From Myxococcota bacterium (GTDB lineage Bacteria; Myxococcota_A; UBA9160; UBA6930), in NCBI GenBank assembly GCA_965223415.1, contig OZ245002.1:5472001-5536000 (forward strand): a DNA stretch of 64,000 nucleotides. Direction: 5' to 3'. Below are positions 30,201-40,789 of this stretch, one piece after another (positions within the stretch are counted from its first letter, which is position 1; each line of letters opens with the position of its first letter). The notes under the pieces are model-generated. The model saw nothing but the letters and a program-made list of their open reading frames with translations, was not told the origin of the DNA and made no database searches. Made by a program: the position numbers and the translations under genes.

Positions 30201-30561
30201 CGTGTCGGGCTACGAGGAGAGCTTCGCGAGCAGCGGCCCCTGGAACGTGCTGGCGGTCCTGACGGTGAACACCGGCTACTTCGACGACAGGCTCCAGCCG
30301 AGCATGCAGTTCGTGTACGACTTCCCATCGAACTCGAGCGCCATGATCAACCAGGTGACCTACCGGTACTCCTCGGACTTCTCGGTCACCTTCGGCTTCG
30401 CCCTCTTCCAGGGCCGTGAGGAGCGCCGCAACATGCCCCTCGTCCCGACCTCCCTCACGAACCGCGTCGGCCGGCACGCCTACAAGGACTTCGTCGAGAA
30501 CGGCCTCGCCGCCGTCCGGGACCGCGACGAGTTCTTCGTCCGCCTCCGCTACACCTTCTGA
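27238..30561 (+). CDS. Large outer-membrane beta-barrel protein (DUF1302-like) with Cys-rich insertions
   Basis: Signal peptide (AAA-ID), LKEAYLD, LRLGKQTIVWGKT, C-terminal RLRYTF. Confidence 0.7.
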   Translation: MLVCRAVPAWLWGFIAAGLALPSPAAAIDLWDGRVEIHGAFEMQLRTMARDLDMSDDIDLTQWYNIINLEIEADLAPDGWGPFDLISGFARIEGRYDCVWRRGCGLFPNVDVYGDRPGRQPKRLADGRRAGFRSTGQLFNGDTRFFRDIPREFLPYRFRDRDRGSRVVSPFFNIQGIDTLFDSPGADGVFGTEDDPAPFYFAEILADDCDFNFRKRRGSMDGVGSQIMGPWQPACTIRPLGKLADKPNPFSRLDRSPITGRIGAGELPYRPAPAVAADHWAPKDVARGAYYPNERLQQALRESRFDGFDQNFTVNELQWNQGASQQDEKWLKEAYLDVEAVDSQLWLRLGKQTIVWGKTELFRNQDQWNPQDLALASLPSLEDSRIALWAARAVWSFWNVGPFEDVRAEAVVLMDQFEPADLGRCGEPYAPNPVCDKTLGLFIHGLTGFGVAGERRPPNPWNSWHGVEFGARLEWRYDRFSFALTDYYGFTDMAYQETLFRYARNVDPGSGRPRHTMTEGRCRTGREGACLDSDEALTRHSANQQLFAMICSTSIGFSSLDLSACGQSVLNSLATVDNDNPATPGVVEVAPLPVVGVVGTILSGQNAAGIFGPTHGNQFLPTLAGYTPATVTAIAANAPFAQSYFNLTTFTTDPTVLVPLVADPADGGQAFVSQYPASVQAALIAGAVPPLQSNAFLSNGLSPFLTDEQEALLGCGPFYGTNCDIDGVDLLNAEATALFQSFPGIAGTFGTDWDTTDRGLAQPGTVGFDHGPLCTRWDGSEVVILPGCRAPGEDGYSRLVDGSTAGQVHPFVGQAWRSEMSIVSWNFLMGLVGLSSADDPANPTESDFAPNNPFRKNGCSFAKPQLCSVVQSFFQITGVQRNTRRAGGNHRFGRRDFAWHGGRDIVLRYQKRNILGFSLDFAEDVTKSNVGLEFTWENDVHLADFDRIDGLTEVDQFNLTVSVDRPTFINFLNANRTFFINTQWFFRYVSGYEESFASSGPWNVLAVLTVNTGYFDDRLQPSMQFVYDFPSNSSAMINQVTYRYSSDFSVTFGFALFQGREERRNMPLVPTSLTNRVGRHAYKDFVENGLAAVRDRDEFFVRLRYTF

Positions 30562-30584
30562 GGGGCCGGTTCCGATGGTTGCGT

Positions 30585-31070
30585 TCAGCCGCCCATCGGG
30601 TCGAGGGTGACGACGTCGTCGCGGAGCAGGTTCTCGGAGAGGACCGACTCCTCCTCGTGGAGCATGTCGGTCTCGATGTCCGCGATGAGGAAGAGGGTGC
30701 GCCGGGCCAGGCGGCCGATGTCCGCGTTGGGCTTGCTCAGCTCCTGGACGTAGGAGAGGAGCAGCTTCCGCTGGTCGCGGTGCTCGTCGAGGACGAGCTG
30801 GGCCCGCTCCTCCCCCCAGGCGTCCACGGTGCGCAGCAGCGGCACCATGAAGCGCTCCTCCATGTCCAGATGGCGGAAGAACCGATCGGCGAAACGCTCC
30901 GCCTCGCGCTTGAGCTCGACGCTCCGGGTCCGATCCCCGGTCCGCGCCCACTCGGCGGCGGCACGGAGATCGCGGAGCAGGAGGCGGAGGCGGGCGTGGT
31001 CCTCGAGCACCATGCGGCGGATTTCGCTCGGGCGGAGCTCCCCTGGCCGCTCGGTACCTTCGGTCGTCAT
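30585..31070 (-). CDS. Hemerythrin/HHE-domain protein
   Basis: EDH, HLDMEE, DEH, HEEE; ATG overlaps upstream stop. Confidence 0.75.
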   Translation of the reverse strand: MTTEGTERPGELRPSEIRRMVLEDHARLRLLLRDLRAAAEWARTGDRTRSVELKREAERFADRFFRHLDMEERFMVPLLRTVDAWGEERAQLVLDEHRDQRKLLLSYVQELSKPNADIGRLARRTLFLIADIETDMLHEEESVLSENLLRDDVVTLDPMGG

Positions 31071-32497
31071 CGTGGATCCTCCGTGGCCCGCCGAAGGGGC
31101 GTCGGACGCCGAGCCGCGTCCACGAGCTCCCGACAAGCCTCATCGGTCGCCACGACGAGCTCATGAAGGTCCGGGAAGGCGTCCCAATCCGCATTGAAGC
31201 CCCAGGAGAGGCCGGCGGGTCCGTAGGCCAGGGAGATCCCGAGGGCGAGGCCGTGGGTGACCGGCTCGATAGGGATGGTCTCCTCGACGGGCGCCTCCAG
31301 CAGGAACCGGGGACTGGAGGGGCCGTGCTCGACGGCGATCACCAGGTGGAAGGGGTGGCGGCTGCGCAGGACGCGTGTGGCCAGGGAGAAGATGGCGCCG
31401 GGGATCTGCGTGCCGAGCTCCGCCAGCAGGCCCGCGCCCCGTCCCTGCTCCCGGGCCTCGCGGCTGCGGGTGCGGCGACGGACCTCCTCCAGGCGTCGCA
31501 CCGGGTCCGGCTCGTCCAGGGGCAGCAGGGTCATCCACGCGACCTGCTCGCCGGCGGCCGCCTCCGCCGCCACGTCGAGGGGCGCGAGGGCACGCAGCTC
31601 GAAGCCGTCGAGATCGATGGCGCGCGTCTCGGCGAGGAAGCGGGCCAGGGCGCGCGCCGCACAGGTGAGCGCGATCTCCTCGACACTCGCACCGAAGCGA
31701 CGCACCACCGAATCGACCGCCTCGCGATCCATCCGGCACCAATCGGTGCGGCGGAGCGAGCTCACCCGCACGTCGAAGGGGCTGTCGGAGCCGTGGTGGA
31801 GGCCGCTGGCGACGGCCTGCCCGACGGCTCGGAGGCGCTCGCCGAGCCCGGCCTCCCCCGGCTCCGGCGCGACCCAGCGACGCATGCGCTCCCACCAGGT
31901 GGCGGGCAGCTGCGCCAGCTCCTGCAGCTCGTCGAGCGCGAGCTCGGCCCGACTCGGCCGGGGATGGGGGCGCCAGTGGGCGGGCGGACCGACCTTGTCC
32001 GATGGTTCGTCGGCGAGGAGCGCATAGGGCAGCCCGGTGCGATGCTCTGGATCGTCCACGCACACGTGCAGCTTGCTCGCGAGCACCACGCGCTCGTCCT
32101 CGAGCCCCTCGATGATCCAGAGCTCCCAGAGCGGGCGGCCCGGGTCGAGCGGCGTGGCCGCGATGCGGCCGATGAGGCGCTTCAGCTGGCGCTCGCTCCC
32201 GGGGCGGGGAAGCCGGACGTGTCGAACGTGATAGTCGAGGTCCACGTCTTCCGCGTCCACCCAGATCGGCTGGGTCTCGAGAGGAAGCTCGGCGATCACC
32301 TGGCGGTAGCGGTGGAGATCCCCGATTCGCGCCGCGACCCGGTCGCGGATGCGGTTCACCGCGACGCTCCCCGTGTCGTTGCGCAGACCGGCGGCGGGAA
32401 AGCGCTGCACCCGCAGCACGTGGAGCGGGGCGTCCGGGTGCTCGAGCTTGAGGAAGCCCTGCTCTCTCGCGGTCAGGTGCTCGTAGTCCGCGTGCAT
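31067..32497 (-). CDS. Wax ester synthase/DGAT-like protein with degenerate active site
   Basis: DLDYHVRHVRLPRPG, PLDPGRPLWELWIIEGL; HHxxxDG position reads KLHVCVDDP. Confidence 0.8.
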   Translation of the reverse strand: MHADYEHLTAREQGFLKLEHPDAPLHVLRVQRFPAAGLRNDTGSVAVNRIRDRVAARIGDLHRYRQVIAELPLETQPIWVDAEDVDLDYHVRHVRLPRPGSERQLKRLIGRIAATPLDPGRPLWELWIIEGLEDERVVLASKLHVCVDDPEHRTGLPYALLADEPSDKVGPPAHWRPHPRPSRAELALDELQELAQLPATWWERMRRWVAPEPGEAGLGERLRAVGQAVASGLHHGSDSPFDVRVSSLRRTDWCRMDREAVDSVVRRFGASVEEIALTCAARALARFLAETRAIDLDGFELRALAPLDVAAEAAAGEQVAWMTLLPLDEPDPVRRLEEVRRRTRSREAREQGRGAGLLAELGTQIPGAIFSLATRVLRSRHPFHLVIAVEHGPSSPRFLLEAPVEETIPIEPVTHGLALGISLAYGPAGLSWGFNADWDAFPDLHELVVATDEACRELVDAARRPTPLRRATEDPR

Positions 32498-32532
32498 CCG
32501 CCTTCCACCTCCAACCCGGACGCTACGGTGGG

Positions 32533-32548
32533 AGCAAGACGCATGCCG
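32533..32548 (-). promoter_or_regulatory. Sigma-54 promoter CGGCATG-CGTC-TTGCT
   Basis: Upstream of WS/DGAT-like gene and its GGAGGTGG SD. Confidence 0.7.
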
Positions 32549-32670
32549 CGAGGAAGTCGCACCGGCCGCGGCAGATCCACGCCGATGGCCCTTGCTGCCC
32601 CCGGCCCCTTCGCCGTGCCCCATCCTGCCCCCTGACGCGATGCCGCAGCGTGTCGTGCGCCCGCCCGATC

Positions 32671-32686
32671 CGGCACGCCGCTTGCG
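32671..32686 (+). promoter_or_regulatory. Sigma-54 promoter CGGCACG-CCGC-TTGCG
   Basis: Upstream of the 32728 gene. Confidence 0.7.
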
Positions 32687-32727
32687 TTCCCCACGGCCGA
32701 AACTCGGCAGCTTCCACGGGAGGGATC

Positions 32728-33735
32728 ATGCGTTTCGGACGGTCGAGCTGGCTCGGATGGGGATTGGCCACGGCTCTGGGCCTGGCCATGGGAGGAGGCG
32801 TGGCCAGCGCCTCGGCACAGGAAGGGGGGTCCTGCGACGGCTTCCTTCCGGACTTCACCTGCGATCGGTCCGGCCGCTGGGAGGGCTTCCACCGTCCCAT
32901 CGTGTCGTTCCCGTTGTTCGAGGACCCGTTCATCACGACGGGGATCTATCCCTACTACGCGTTCCACGAGTTCCCGGATCGCTCGGCCTTGCAGGGCGGC
33001 GAGGCCCACGACGTGTCGGTGCAGGCGCGCATCGCGCTCACCGACCGGCTGGCGTTCATCGCCACCAAGGACGGCTACGTCTGGAAGCGGCCTGACAACC
33101 CGCTCCTCGACGATACGGAGGGCACCCTGAACCTGGCCGGCGGCCTGAAGTACGCCCTCGTCCAGGACGAGGAGGCCGGCTACATCGTGTCCGGCGTGCT
33201 GCGCGTGGAGTTCGACACGGGCAGCTCGGACACCTTCCAGGGCTGGGGCGACGGCATGGTGCTGCCCTCGGTCACCGGCGCCTGGGGGAGCGGCCCGCTC
33301 CACATCATGGCCGACATCGGGGCCCAGATCCCCTTCGACGGCGATGACCAGAGCACGTCGCTCTTCTACCACCTGTATGCCGACTACAACGTGACCCCGA
33401 ACTTCGCGCCCTTCGTGCAGCTGAGCGGCCTCACCTGGATCAGCTCGGGCAACGGCGAGATCCCGGTCAAGCTGAAGCGCGGCATCGTGCCCGGCAGCGA
33501 GCTGCCGCTCGACCTGGTGCAGACCGTGCTCGGCACGGGCGCCTTCGAGGGTGCGGACCTGATGAATCTGGGCTCGCGGAACGTCGACGGTCTCGACCTC
33601 TGGACCTGGGCGATCGGTGCTCACATCCCGCTCACCGACCACATCACGTTCAGCGTCGGCTACGAGCGCCCCTTCAGTCACCACAAGGGGATCTTCAAGC
33701 AGCGGGTGACGAGCGGGCTGACGATCGAGTTCTGA
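32728..33735 (+). CDS. Putative outer-membrane beta-barrel protein
   Basis: Signal peptide (ASA-Q), amphipathic strands, C-terminal LTIEF. Confidence 0.6.
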   Translation: MRFGRSSWLGWGLATALGLAMGGGVASASAQEGGSCDGFLPDFTCDRSGRWEGFHRPIVSFPLFEDPFITTGIYPYYAFHEFPDRSALQGGEAHDVSVQARIALTDRLAFIATKDGYVWKRPDNPLLDDTEGTLNLAGGLKYALVQDEEAGYIVSGVLRVEFDTGSSDTFQGWGDGMVLPSVTGAWGSGPLHIMADIGAQIPFDGDDQSTSLFYHLYADYNVTPNFAPFVQLSGLTWISSGNGEIPVKLKRGIVPGSELPLDLVQTVLGTGAFEGADLMNLGSRNVDGLDLWTWAIGAHIPLTDHITFSVGYERPFSHHKGIFKQRVTSGLTIEF

Positions 33736-33840
33736 CCGGAGCCTCTGTGGAGCCCGTGCGGCGGTGCGCCGCCACCGGCGAGCTGGCCTCGCCGGGGCGG
33801 ACGTCATCCGCCGCACGTCGCTCCAGGGGGTTTCGCCCGT

Positions 33841-34287
33841 CTAGGCCACCACCGGCCCCGGCCCCTCGTAGCGCTCGCGCAGGATGGCGGCCAGCACGCG
33901 GCAGACGTCGGTGAGGGTGAGGATGCCCGCCAGGCGGTCGTCCTTGGCGACGAGGGCGGTGCCGATCCTTCGCTCGGCCAGCACGTCGAGGACGTCCGCC
34001 AGGGATGCGTCGAGGGAGGCCACGTAGGGATCGGGGGTCATCACCTGCTCGGCGTGGATGCGCTCCCAGCCGTCGGTGGGGAGCGCCGGGTTCACCAGCC
34101 GATCGACGTCGCGCCGGCTGATGACGCCGACCAGCGCGCCGTCGCGCTTCACGGGCACGTGGCGGACGCCGTGGTCGTCCATGAGGCGGCGGACGCGGCC
34201 CAGGGAATCCCCGGCCTCGGCGAAGTAGGGAAACGGCGTCATGACGGCCGCCAACGTGGGCATCCGGTCGTGATCGCGAAGGTGCAT
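33841..34287 (-). CDS. CBS-domain protein
   Basis: VMTP, RHVPV, VGVISRRD, GILTLTD. Confidence 0.88.
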   Translation of the reverse strand: MHLRDHDRMPTLAAVMTPFPYFAEAGDSLGRVRRLMDDHGVRHVPVKRDGALVGVISRRDVDRLVNPALPTDGWERIHAEQVMTPDPYVASLDASLADVLDVLAERRIGTALVAKDDRLAGILTLTDVCRVLAAILRERYEGPGPVVA

Positions 34288-34319
34288 GGGACGACTCCCT
34301 CCTCTCGGGACGGCTCAGG

Positions 34320-34335
34320 AGCAAGCAGCGTGCCG
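34320..34335 (-). promoter_or_regulatory. Sigma-54 promoter CGGCACG-CTGC-TTGCT
   Basis: Upstream of CBS gene 34287. Confidence 0.75.
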
Positions 34336-34438
34336 CATCCCGGCGACCCCTGGCGAGGCGGAGCGCCCCCGATGGGGCGCGCTGGGACAAGGGTGCCTCC
34401 GCTGCCGTCTCCCCCCGCCCGCCGGCGGGCCTTGGCCC

Positions 34439-34454
34439 TGGCACGGATCCTGCG
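34439..34454 (+). promoter_or_regulatory. Sigma-54 promoter TGGCACG-GATC-CTGCG
   Basis: Upstream of USP gene 34469. Confidence 0.7.
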
Positions 34455-34468
34455 AAACCCGGAGAGAG

Positions 34469-34915
34469 ATGAAGCTCGACCACATCCTCGTGCCCTTCGA
34501 CTTCTCGGCCTGTGCCGGGCGCGCCTTCGACCAGGCCCTCGAACTGGCGGGCCGCTACGGAGGCCGCCTCACCCTGCTCCATGCCTTCCAGCTGAACGAG
34601 CAGGTCTATCCCTACTCGGCAATCCTGACCCACGAGCGGGTGGAGGACGCACGGGAGGCGGCCACCCGGGCCCTGGCCGAGTGGCGCGACCGGGCGGACG
34701 CAGGCGGGGTCGAGGTGGACGTCCGCGTGGCCCCCGGCATGCCCTCGGAGACGATCGTCGCCGTCGCCCAGGAGATCGCCGCGGACCTGATCGTGATGGG
34801 CACCCATGGCCGCACGGGCCTGGGCCACGTGATGCTCGGCAGCGTCGCCGAGCGCACCCTGCGCGCTGCGCCCTGCCCGGTTCTCACGGTGCGGCCGCCG
34901 GACGAGGCCTCGTGA
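34469..34915 (+). CDS. Universal stress protein
   Basis: ILVPFDFS, DLIVMGTHGRTG..LGSVAE..APCPVLTV. Confidence 0.92.
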   Translation: MKLDHILVPFDFSACAGRAFDQALELAGRYGGRLTLLHAFQLNEQVYPYSAILTHERVEDAREAATRALAEWRDRADAGGVEVDVRVAPGMPSETIVAVAQEIAADLIVMGTHGRTGLGHVMLGSVAERTLRAAPCPVLTVRPPDEAS

Positions 34916-35367
34916 CGGGCGCGACCCTGCCCGACGACCTCGTTGATCGGCTCGTGCGCCGCAACGTGGTGACCGTCTCCCCGGACGCGGTGATCGGCTC
35001 GGTGATCGAGGTGATGCGCCTGGGCCGGCTGCGGGCGCTGCCGGTCGTCGACAAGGGAGAACGGTTGCTGGGCGCCCTGGCCTTCGTCGATTGCTGCGAT
35101 CTCGTCGCCAAGGCCCTGTCGGGCGACGATTCGGATCGGGAGGTCCTGGAGCGGCTCGAGGCCGCCCTGAACGTCCCGGTGCACGTGGTGATGACGCCCG
35201 CCGATCAGCTGGTCGAGGGCGAGGCCAACCTGCGCTCGGCCGTGCGCCAGCTCGGTGACGCGCGCTGGGGGCACCTGTGCGTCGTCCGCAGCACGTCCGA
35301 AGGCCCGCGGCTGCTCGGCCTGCTGACGGAGAACGACGTCCTTCGTCACCTCGTGATCGACGCCTGA
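34912..35367 (+). CDS. CBS-domain protein
   Basis: VVTVSPD, LPVVD, VMTP, GLLTEND; GTG overlaps USP stop. Confidence 0.8.
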   Translation: MTGATLPDDLVDRLVRRNVVTVSPDAVIGSVIEVMRLGRLRALPVVDKGERLLGALAFVDCCDLVAKALSGDDSDREVLERLEAALNVPVHVVMTPADQLVEGEANLRSAVRQLGDARWGHLCVVRSTSEGPRLLGLLTENDVLRHLVIDA

Positions 35368-35792
35368 GCGGGCGAGTCCCCGTAGGCCCCGCGCAGCAGG
35401 TCCGTCTCCGTGACCAGGCCCACCATGTGGTCGCCGTCGTCCACCACCGGCAGGCAGCCGATCCGGTGGGCGAGCATGAGCCGGGCCGCCTCCCGCAGGG
35501 TGGCCTCCGGCGCCACCGTGATGGGCTGGGCGGTCATCACCTCCTGCACGACGACGGAGCGCATGAAGTTCCGCCGCTGGTCGCCCTCGAAGGCCAGGGC
35601 CCTCGAGAGGGAGGCCGCGAGCAGGTCCCGCTGGGAGACGACGCCGATCAGCTGCTCGCCGTCGAGGACCGGCATGTGGCGGATGCGGCCGAGCTGCATG
35701 ACGTCGTCGACGAAGTCGAGCTGGTCCTTGGCCTTCACGGAGACGAAGTCGCTGGCCATGACCGAAGAGACCTGACGTTCGGCGGGATGCAT
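35346..35792 (-). CDS. CBS-domain protein
   Basis: IRHMPVLD, GVVSQRD, IGCLPVVD, GLVTETD; GGAGG SD. Confidence 0.88.
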   Translation of the reverse strand: MHPAERQVSSVMASDFVSVKAKDQLDFVDDVMQLGRIRHMPVLDGEQLIGVVSQRDLLAASLSRALAFEGDQRRNFMRSVVVQEVMTAQPITVAPEATLREAARLMLAHRIGCLPVVDDGDHMVGLVTETDLLRGAYGDSPAQASITR

Positions 35793-35819
35793 GCGGACGA
35801 ATCCTCCTACTCGAATCGA

Positions 35820-35835
35820 AGCAACGGTCGTGCCA
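35820..35835 (-). promoter_or_regulatory. Sigma-54 promoter TGGCACG-ACCG-TTGCT (full consensus)
   Basis: Exact TGGCACG-N4-TTGCW upstream of CBS gene 35792. Confidence 0.85.
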
Positions 35836-35873
35836 GCTCCCGGGGCCCACGATCCCGCGCCTGCTCGCCGGGC

Positions 35874-35890
35874 TGGGGCGCTCCACCCCA
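35874..35890. promoter_or_regulatory. Candidate activator site TGGGG-N7-CCCCA
   Basis: Perfect inverted repeat 38 nt upstream of the sigma-54 motif. Confidence 0.65.
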
Positions 35891-35898
35891 ATGTCCGG

Positions 35899-37125
35899 TC
35901 ATCCTGCGACCCTGCGCCAGACTTCGAGCCCGATCAAGACGACGCTCGCGAGGCCACCGACCACCGGGATCCAGCGGGGACAGTGGAAGATCTCGCCGGC
36001 GGGCGGTCGGCGCCTGTGGAGCACCCACAGGGAGGCGTGCATGAGCCCGAAGACGGTCAAGGCCAGGAGGGCCGTCACCCGGGCCAGCCCGGCCAGGGGG
36101 AAGGCCACCGCCAGCACCCAGACGACGGCCGCCACCGCCCAGGTCGCCACCCAGGGCGTGCCGGTCCGCGGCGAGACCCGCCCCAGCGGCGCCGGCAGGA
36201 GCTGCCGCTGGGCGAGCCCGTAGAGCACCCGGGAGGCCATGACCACCTGGATCAGGGCGCCGTTCACCATGGCCAGCACGCCGATCACCACCAGCTCCAC
36301 CGGCTCCCGGCCCACCGCGCGCTCGAAGACCAGGGCGAGGGGCGCGTCGGAGGCGGCCAGCTCCGCCGGCGCCACCCGCGCCACGGCGGCGAAGGCAACG
36401 GCCACGTAGAGCAGGCTCGTCAGGCCGAGCGTCCACAGGATCGCGCGGGGAAGCGCGCGACGGACCTGCTTCACCTCTTCGGCGACGTTGACCATGTCCT
36501 CGAAGCCCAGGAACGCGTAGAAGGCCAGGGTCGCCGCGTTGACGATGCCGGCGATCGGAATGGCTCCGCCGCCGACCCACGCCGCCTCGGGTGCCGCGGG
36601 CGCCTCCGCCACGCTCACCGCGGTGACCACGGCGATGAGCCCGCCCACCTCGAGCAACGTGATCACGGCGGCCACCAGCAGCGACTCCTTCACTCCCCAG
36701 GCCGCGATCGCCCCCAGCGCGAGGGTGAGGCCGCTGATCGCCACGATGGGGGCCGTGGGGACGAGAGCGCTCCAGTAGCCGGCGAAGCCGTTCGCGACAG
36801 CGGCGGCCGAGACGACGCCGGCCAGCACCACCGCCATGCCCACCGCCCACGCCAGCCACGGCGAGGCGAAGGCCTGGCGGACGTACTCGGCCTCGCCGGC
36901 GGCGCGCGGATGGCGGGAGGAGAGCTCGGCGAAGGCCAGCGCCGTGGCTCCGGCCAGGAGCGACGCCAGGCCGAAGGCAGCCGGCGCCCAGGCCCCGGCC
37001 AGGCCGGCCACCTCGCCCACCAGCGCGTAGACGCCGGCGCCCACGGTGGTGCCGAGCCCGTACAGGACGAGCAGCGGAAACGAGACCCGCCGCCGCAGCG
37101 CCGCCTGCGGTGCCGCGCCGGACAT
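35899..37125 (-). CDS. APC-family amino acid permease
   Basis: YGLGTTVGAGVY, AELSSRHP, FYAFLGFE, SRVLYGLA. Confidence 0.88.
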   Translation of the reverse strand: MSGAAPQAALRRRVSFPLLVLYGLGTTVGAGVYALVGEVAGLAGAWAPAAFGLASLLAGATALAFAELSSRHPRAAGEAEYVRQAFASPWLAWAVGMAVVLAGVVSAAAVANGFAGYWSALVPTAPIVAISGLTLALGAIAAWGVKESLLVAAVITLLEVGGLIAVVTAVSVAEAPAAPEAAWVGGGAIPIAGIVNAATLAFYAFLGFEDMVNVAEEVKQVRRALPRAILWTLGLTSLLYVAVAFAAVARVAPAELAASDAPLALVFERAVGREPVELVVIGVLAMVNGALIQVVMASRVLYGLAQRQLLPAPLGRVSPRTGTPWVATWAVAAVVWVLAVAFPLAGLARVTALLALTVFGLMHASLWVLHRRRPPAGEIFHCPRWIPVVGGLASVVLIGLEVWRRVAG

Positions 37126-37135
37126 GGAGGCGGTC

Positions 37136-38019
37136 TCAGCCGGCCTTCGGGCGAACCGTCCAGACCGGGCAGGGAGCGCCGCGCAGGGTGCGCTCGGCGA
37201 CGCTGCCCAGGACCATGTGCTTGAGGCCGGTGAGGCCCCGGGAGCCGGTGACGACCAGGTCGGCCTCGTGGTCCGCCGCCGCGTCGATCAGGGCGAAGGA
37301 CGGGGGGGCGCTGCGCACCTCGGTCTTCACCGACATGATGTCGGTGATCCCCTGGGCCATCTCCTCGAGCTTGGACGTCGCCTCGGCGTGGGCCCGCTCG
37401 ATCACGTTGTCGGGCACCGACACCTCGTAGGGCGTGACGAAGGGGATGCGCAGATCGAGCGCATGCACCAGGTGCAGGGCCGCACCGAACTCCTGGGCGA
37501 GGTCGACGGCCGTCTGGAAAGCGGCGGAGGCGCCTTCGGAGAAGTCCACCCCGACGACGATGCGCTTCGGTCCCTCGGAGAGGGCGCCGTCCTTGATCGT
37601 GAGCACCGAGCACGGAGCCAGCTTGACCGTGTGCTCGGCCACGCTGCCCAGCACGACCCGCTTCACGCCCGTCTGGCCGTGGGTTCCGACCACGACGAGA
37701 TCCACGTCGAGCTCGCGCGCGCGATCGGCGACCGCGTAGGCGGCCGGCACCTCGCCCAGGTGGATCGAGCCCTCCAGGCCGGCCTCGCGCCCACGCGCGG
37801 CGGCCTCCTCGAGCTTCTCCTTGGCGGCCGTGCGCGCGGCGCCGAGGGTCGCTTCCGGCACGGCGACCGCGTACGGCTCGAAGATCGGGAGCGGCACCTC
37901 GAGGGCGTGCACCCAATGCAGCTCGGCACCGAAGCGCTTCGCCAGCACGATCGCGGCCGTCTCCGCGGCACTGGCGGCCTCGGAGAAATCGGTGGCGACG
38001 AGCAGCTTGCGGGGACGAC

Positions 38020-38023
<4 letters not shown>
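37136..38023 (-). CDS. Tandem-domain universal stress protein
   Basis: Two USP repeats (LVATDFS..GTHG..LGSVAE; VGVDFS..GSRG..LGSVAE). Confidence 0.92.
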
Positions 38024-39435
<1,412 letters not shown>

Positions 39436-39447
39436 GGCCTTCTCGGA

Positions 39448-39463
39448 AGCACGGGGCGTGCCA
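39448..39463 (-). promoter_or_regulatory. Sigma-54 promoter TGGCACG-CCCC-GTGCT
   Basis: Directly upstream of the response regulator. Confidence 0.75.
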
Positions 39464-39500
39464 GACCTTGCGGTCGAGATCGGCTTCCGGGGCGTGAGTG

Positions 39501-39517
39501 TGGGGCAAAATTCCCCA
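39501..39517. promoter_or_regulatory. Candidate activator site TGGGG-CAAAATT-CCCCA
   Basis: Perfect inverted repeat 37 nt upstream of the sigma-54 motif. Confidence 0.7.
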
Positions 39518-39547
39518 GCACGCTACAGACGACTGGGCCTCGTTGAC

Positions 39548-40789
39548 TCACCCGACGACGGGCAGAAGAAGGCGGAAGTCGGTGCCCCGGGCGTCGGAGC
39601 GAGCCACCTCGATGAGCCCGCCGTGCTCCGTCACGATGCCGTGGGCCACCGCCAGCCCCAGGCCGTGGCCTTCGCCCGCTTCCTTGGTGGTGACGAAGGG
39701 ATCGAAGACCTGCTCCGGGTCTTCCATGCCGATACCGGGGCCGGTGTCCTCGACGTGCACCTCCACCTCGCCCTCGTCCGTCTGGGCCAGGGAGACGCGG
39801 ATCTCGCCGCCATCGGGCATGGCGTCGGCGGCGTTCAGCAGCAGGTTCAGCAGCACCTGCTGCAGCCGCTCGGGATCGCCGGAGACGCTGGCCACGTCGG
39901 CCAGCCTGAGGACCGGTTCGATTCCGCGGCGCGCGAACTTCTCGTTGAGGAAGGCCACCGTGTTCTCGATCAGCGGCCGCAGGTCAACGGGGATGCTGCG
40001 GGAGCGCGACGGACGCGCCATCCCGAGCAGGCTCTCGATGATGCGGGAGATGCGTCCGATCTGCTGCTGGATCGTCTCGAGCCGCCAGCCCGCGTCCTCC
40101 CCCCGCACCGAGGACTCGAGCAGCTTGGCGTGGCCCCGGATCACGCCCATGGGGGTGCCGATCTCGTGGGCGAGCCCCGCGACGAGCACGCCGATCGATG
40201 CCAACCGCTCGGCGGCCCGGGCGCGCTCGGTCGTCTGCCTCAGCTCGACTCCGGTGCTCTCCAGGTCCCGGGCCAGCTGGCGGCCCGCGTTCGAGAGCTC
40301 TTCGTTCAGGTGCTGCAGGTCCCGCTCGCGGCGCGCGATGTAGCGATCCATGGCGATGTGCATGTCGAACATCATCAGCTTCTGGAGGGCGACCAGGGTC
40401 CGCTCACCCCGCACCAGGTCGCCGTGGGTGTGCTCCCAGACGAGCGGCGTGAGCAGCCCGAAGTAGAGGCTGTAGGCGCCGATGTACCAGCGCGGATCGA
40501 GGCCGATGCGCTCGTGGGCCTCGCCGATGCGCCGCCGCTCCCGGACGTAGGCCTCGTCGATCTCGGGCCCGGCCAGGCTCATCAGGTAGCGGCGCTGCTC
40601 ATCCAGCAACCGCTTCGTCACCTCGGGCTCTCGCAGGTGCCGCTGCGTGTCCGGGAAGGAGAGCAAGTGGCGGTAGAAGGCCGAGACGAGCCGCTCCGCG
40701 TGCTGCTCGAGGATCGGCTTCAGGTCGCGCAGCGCCTCCCGATCGGCCTCGCCGTACTCGAAGAACGCGATCTCGTCGGAGACGTCCAT
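39548..40789 (-). CDS. Globin-coupled sensor histidine kinase
   Basis: Sensor globin (FYRHLLSF, IGEAHERIGL), H-box AHEIGTP, NLLLNA, DTGPG, GHGLGL; no TM segment. Confidence 0.9.
   Translation of the reverse strand: MDVSDEIAFFEYGEADREALRDLKPILEQHAERLVSAFYRHLLSFPDTQRHLREPEVTKRLLDEQRRYLMSLAGPEIDEAYVRERRRIGEAHERIGLDPRWYIGAYSLYFGLLTPLVWEHTHGDLVRGERTLVALQKLMMFDMHIAMDRYIARRERDLQHLNEELSNAGRQLARDLESTGVELRQTTERARAAERLASIGVLVAGLAHEIGTPMGVIRGHAKLLESSVRGEDAGWRLETIQQQIGRISRIIESLLGMARPSRSRSIPVDLRPLIENTVAFLNEKFARRGIEPVLRLADVASVSGDPERLQQVLLNLLLNAADAMPDGGEIRVSLAQTDEGEVEVHVEDTGPGIGMEDPEQVFDPFVTTKEAGEGHGLGLAVAHGIVTEHGGLIEVARSDARGTDFRLLLPVVG

Noticed and set aside
33736..33840. Several GC hairpins between convergent genes as an ncRNA or terminator
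   Set aside because: No U-tract or recognisable family; expected by chance at this GC content
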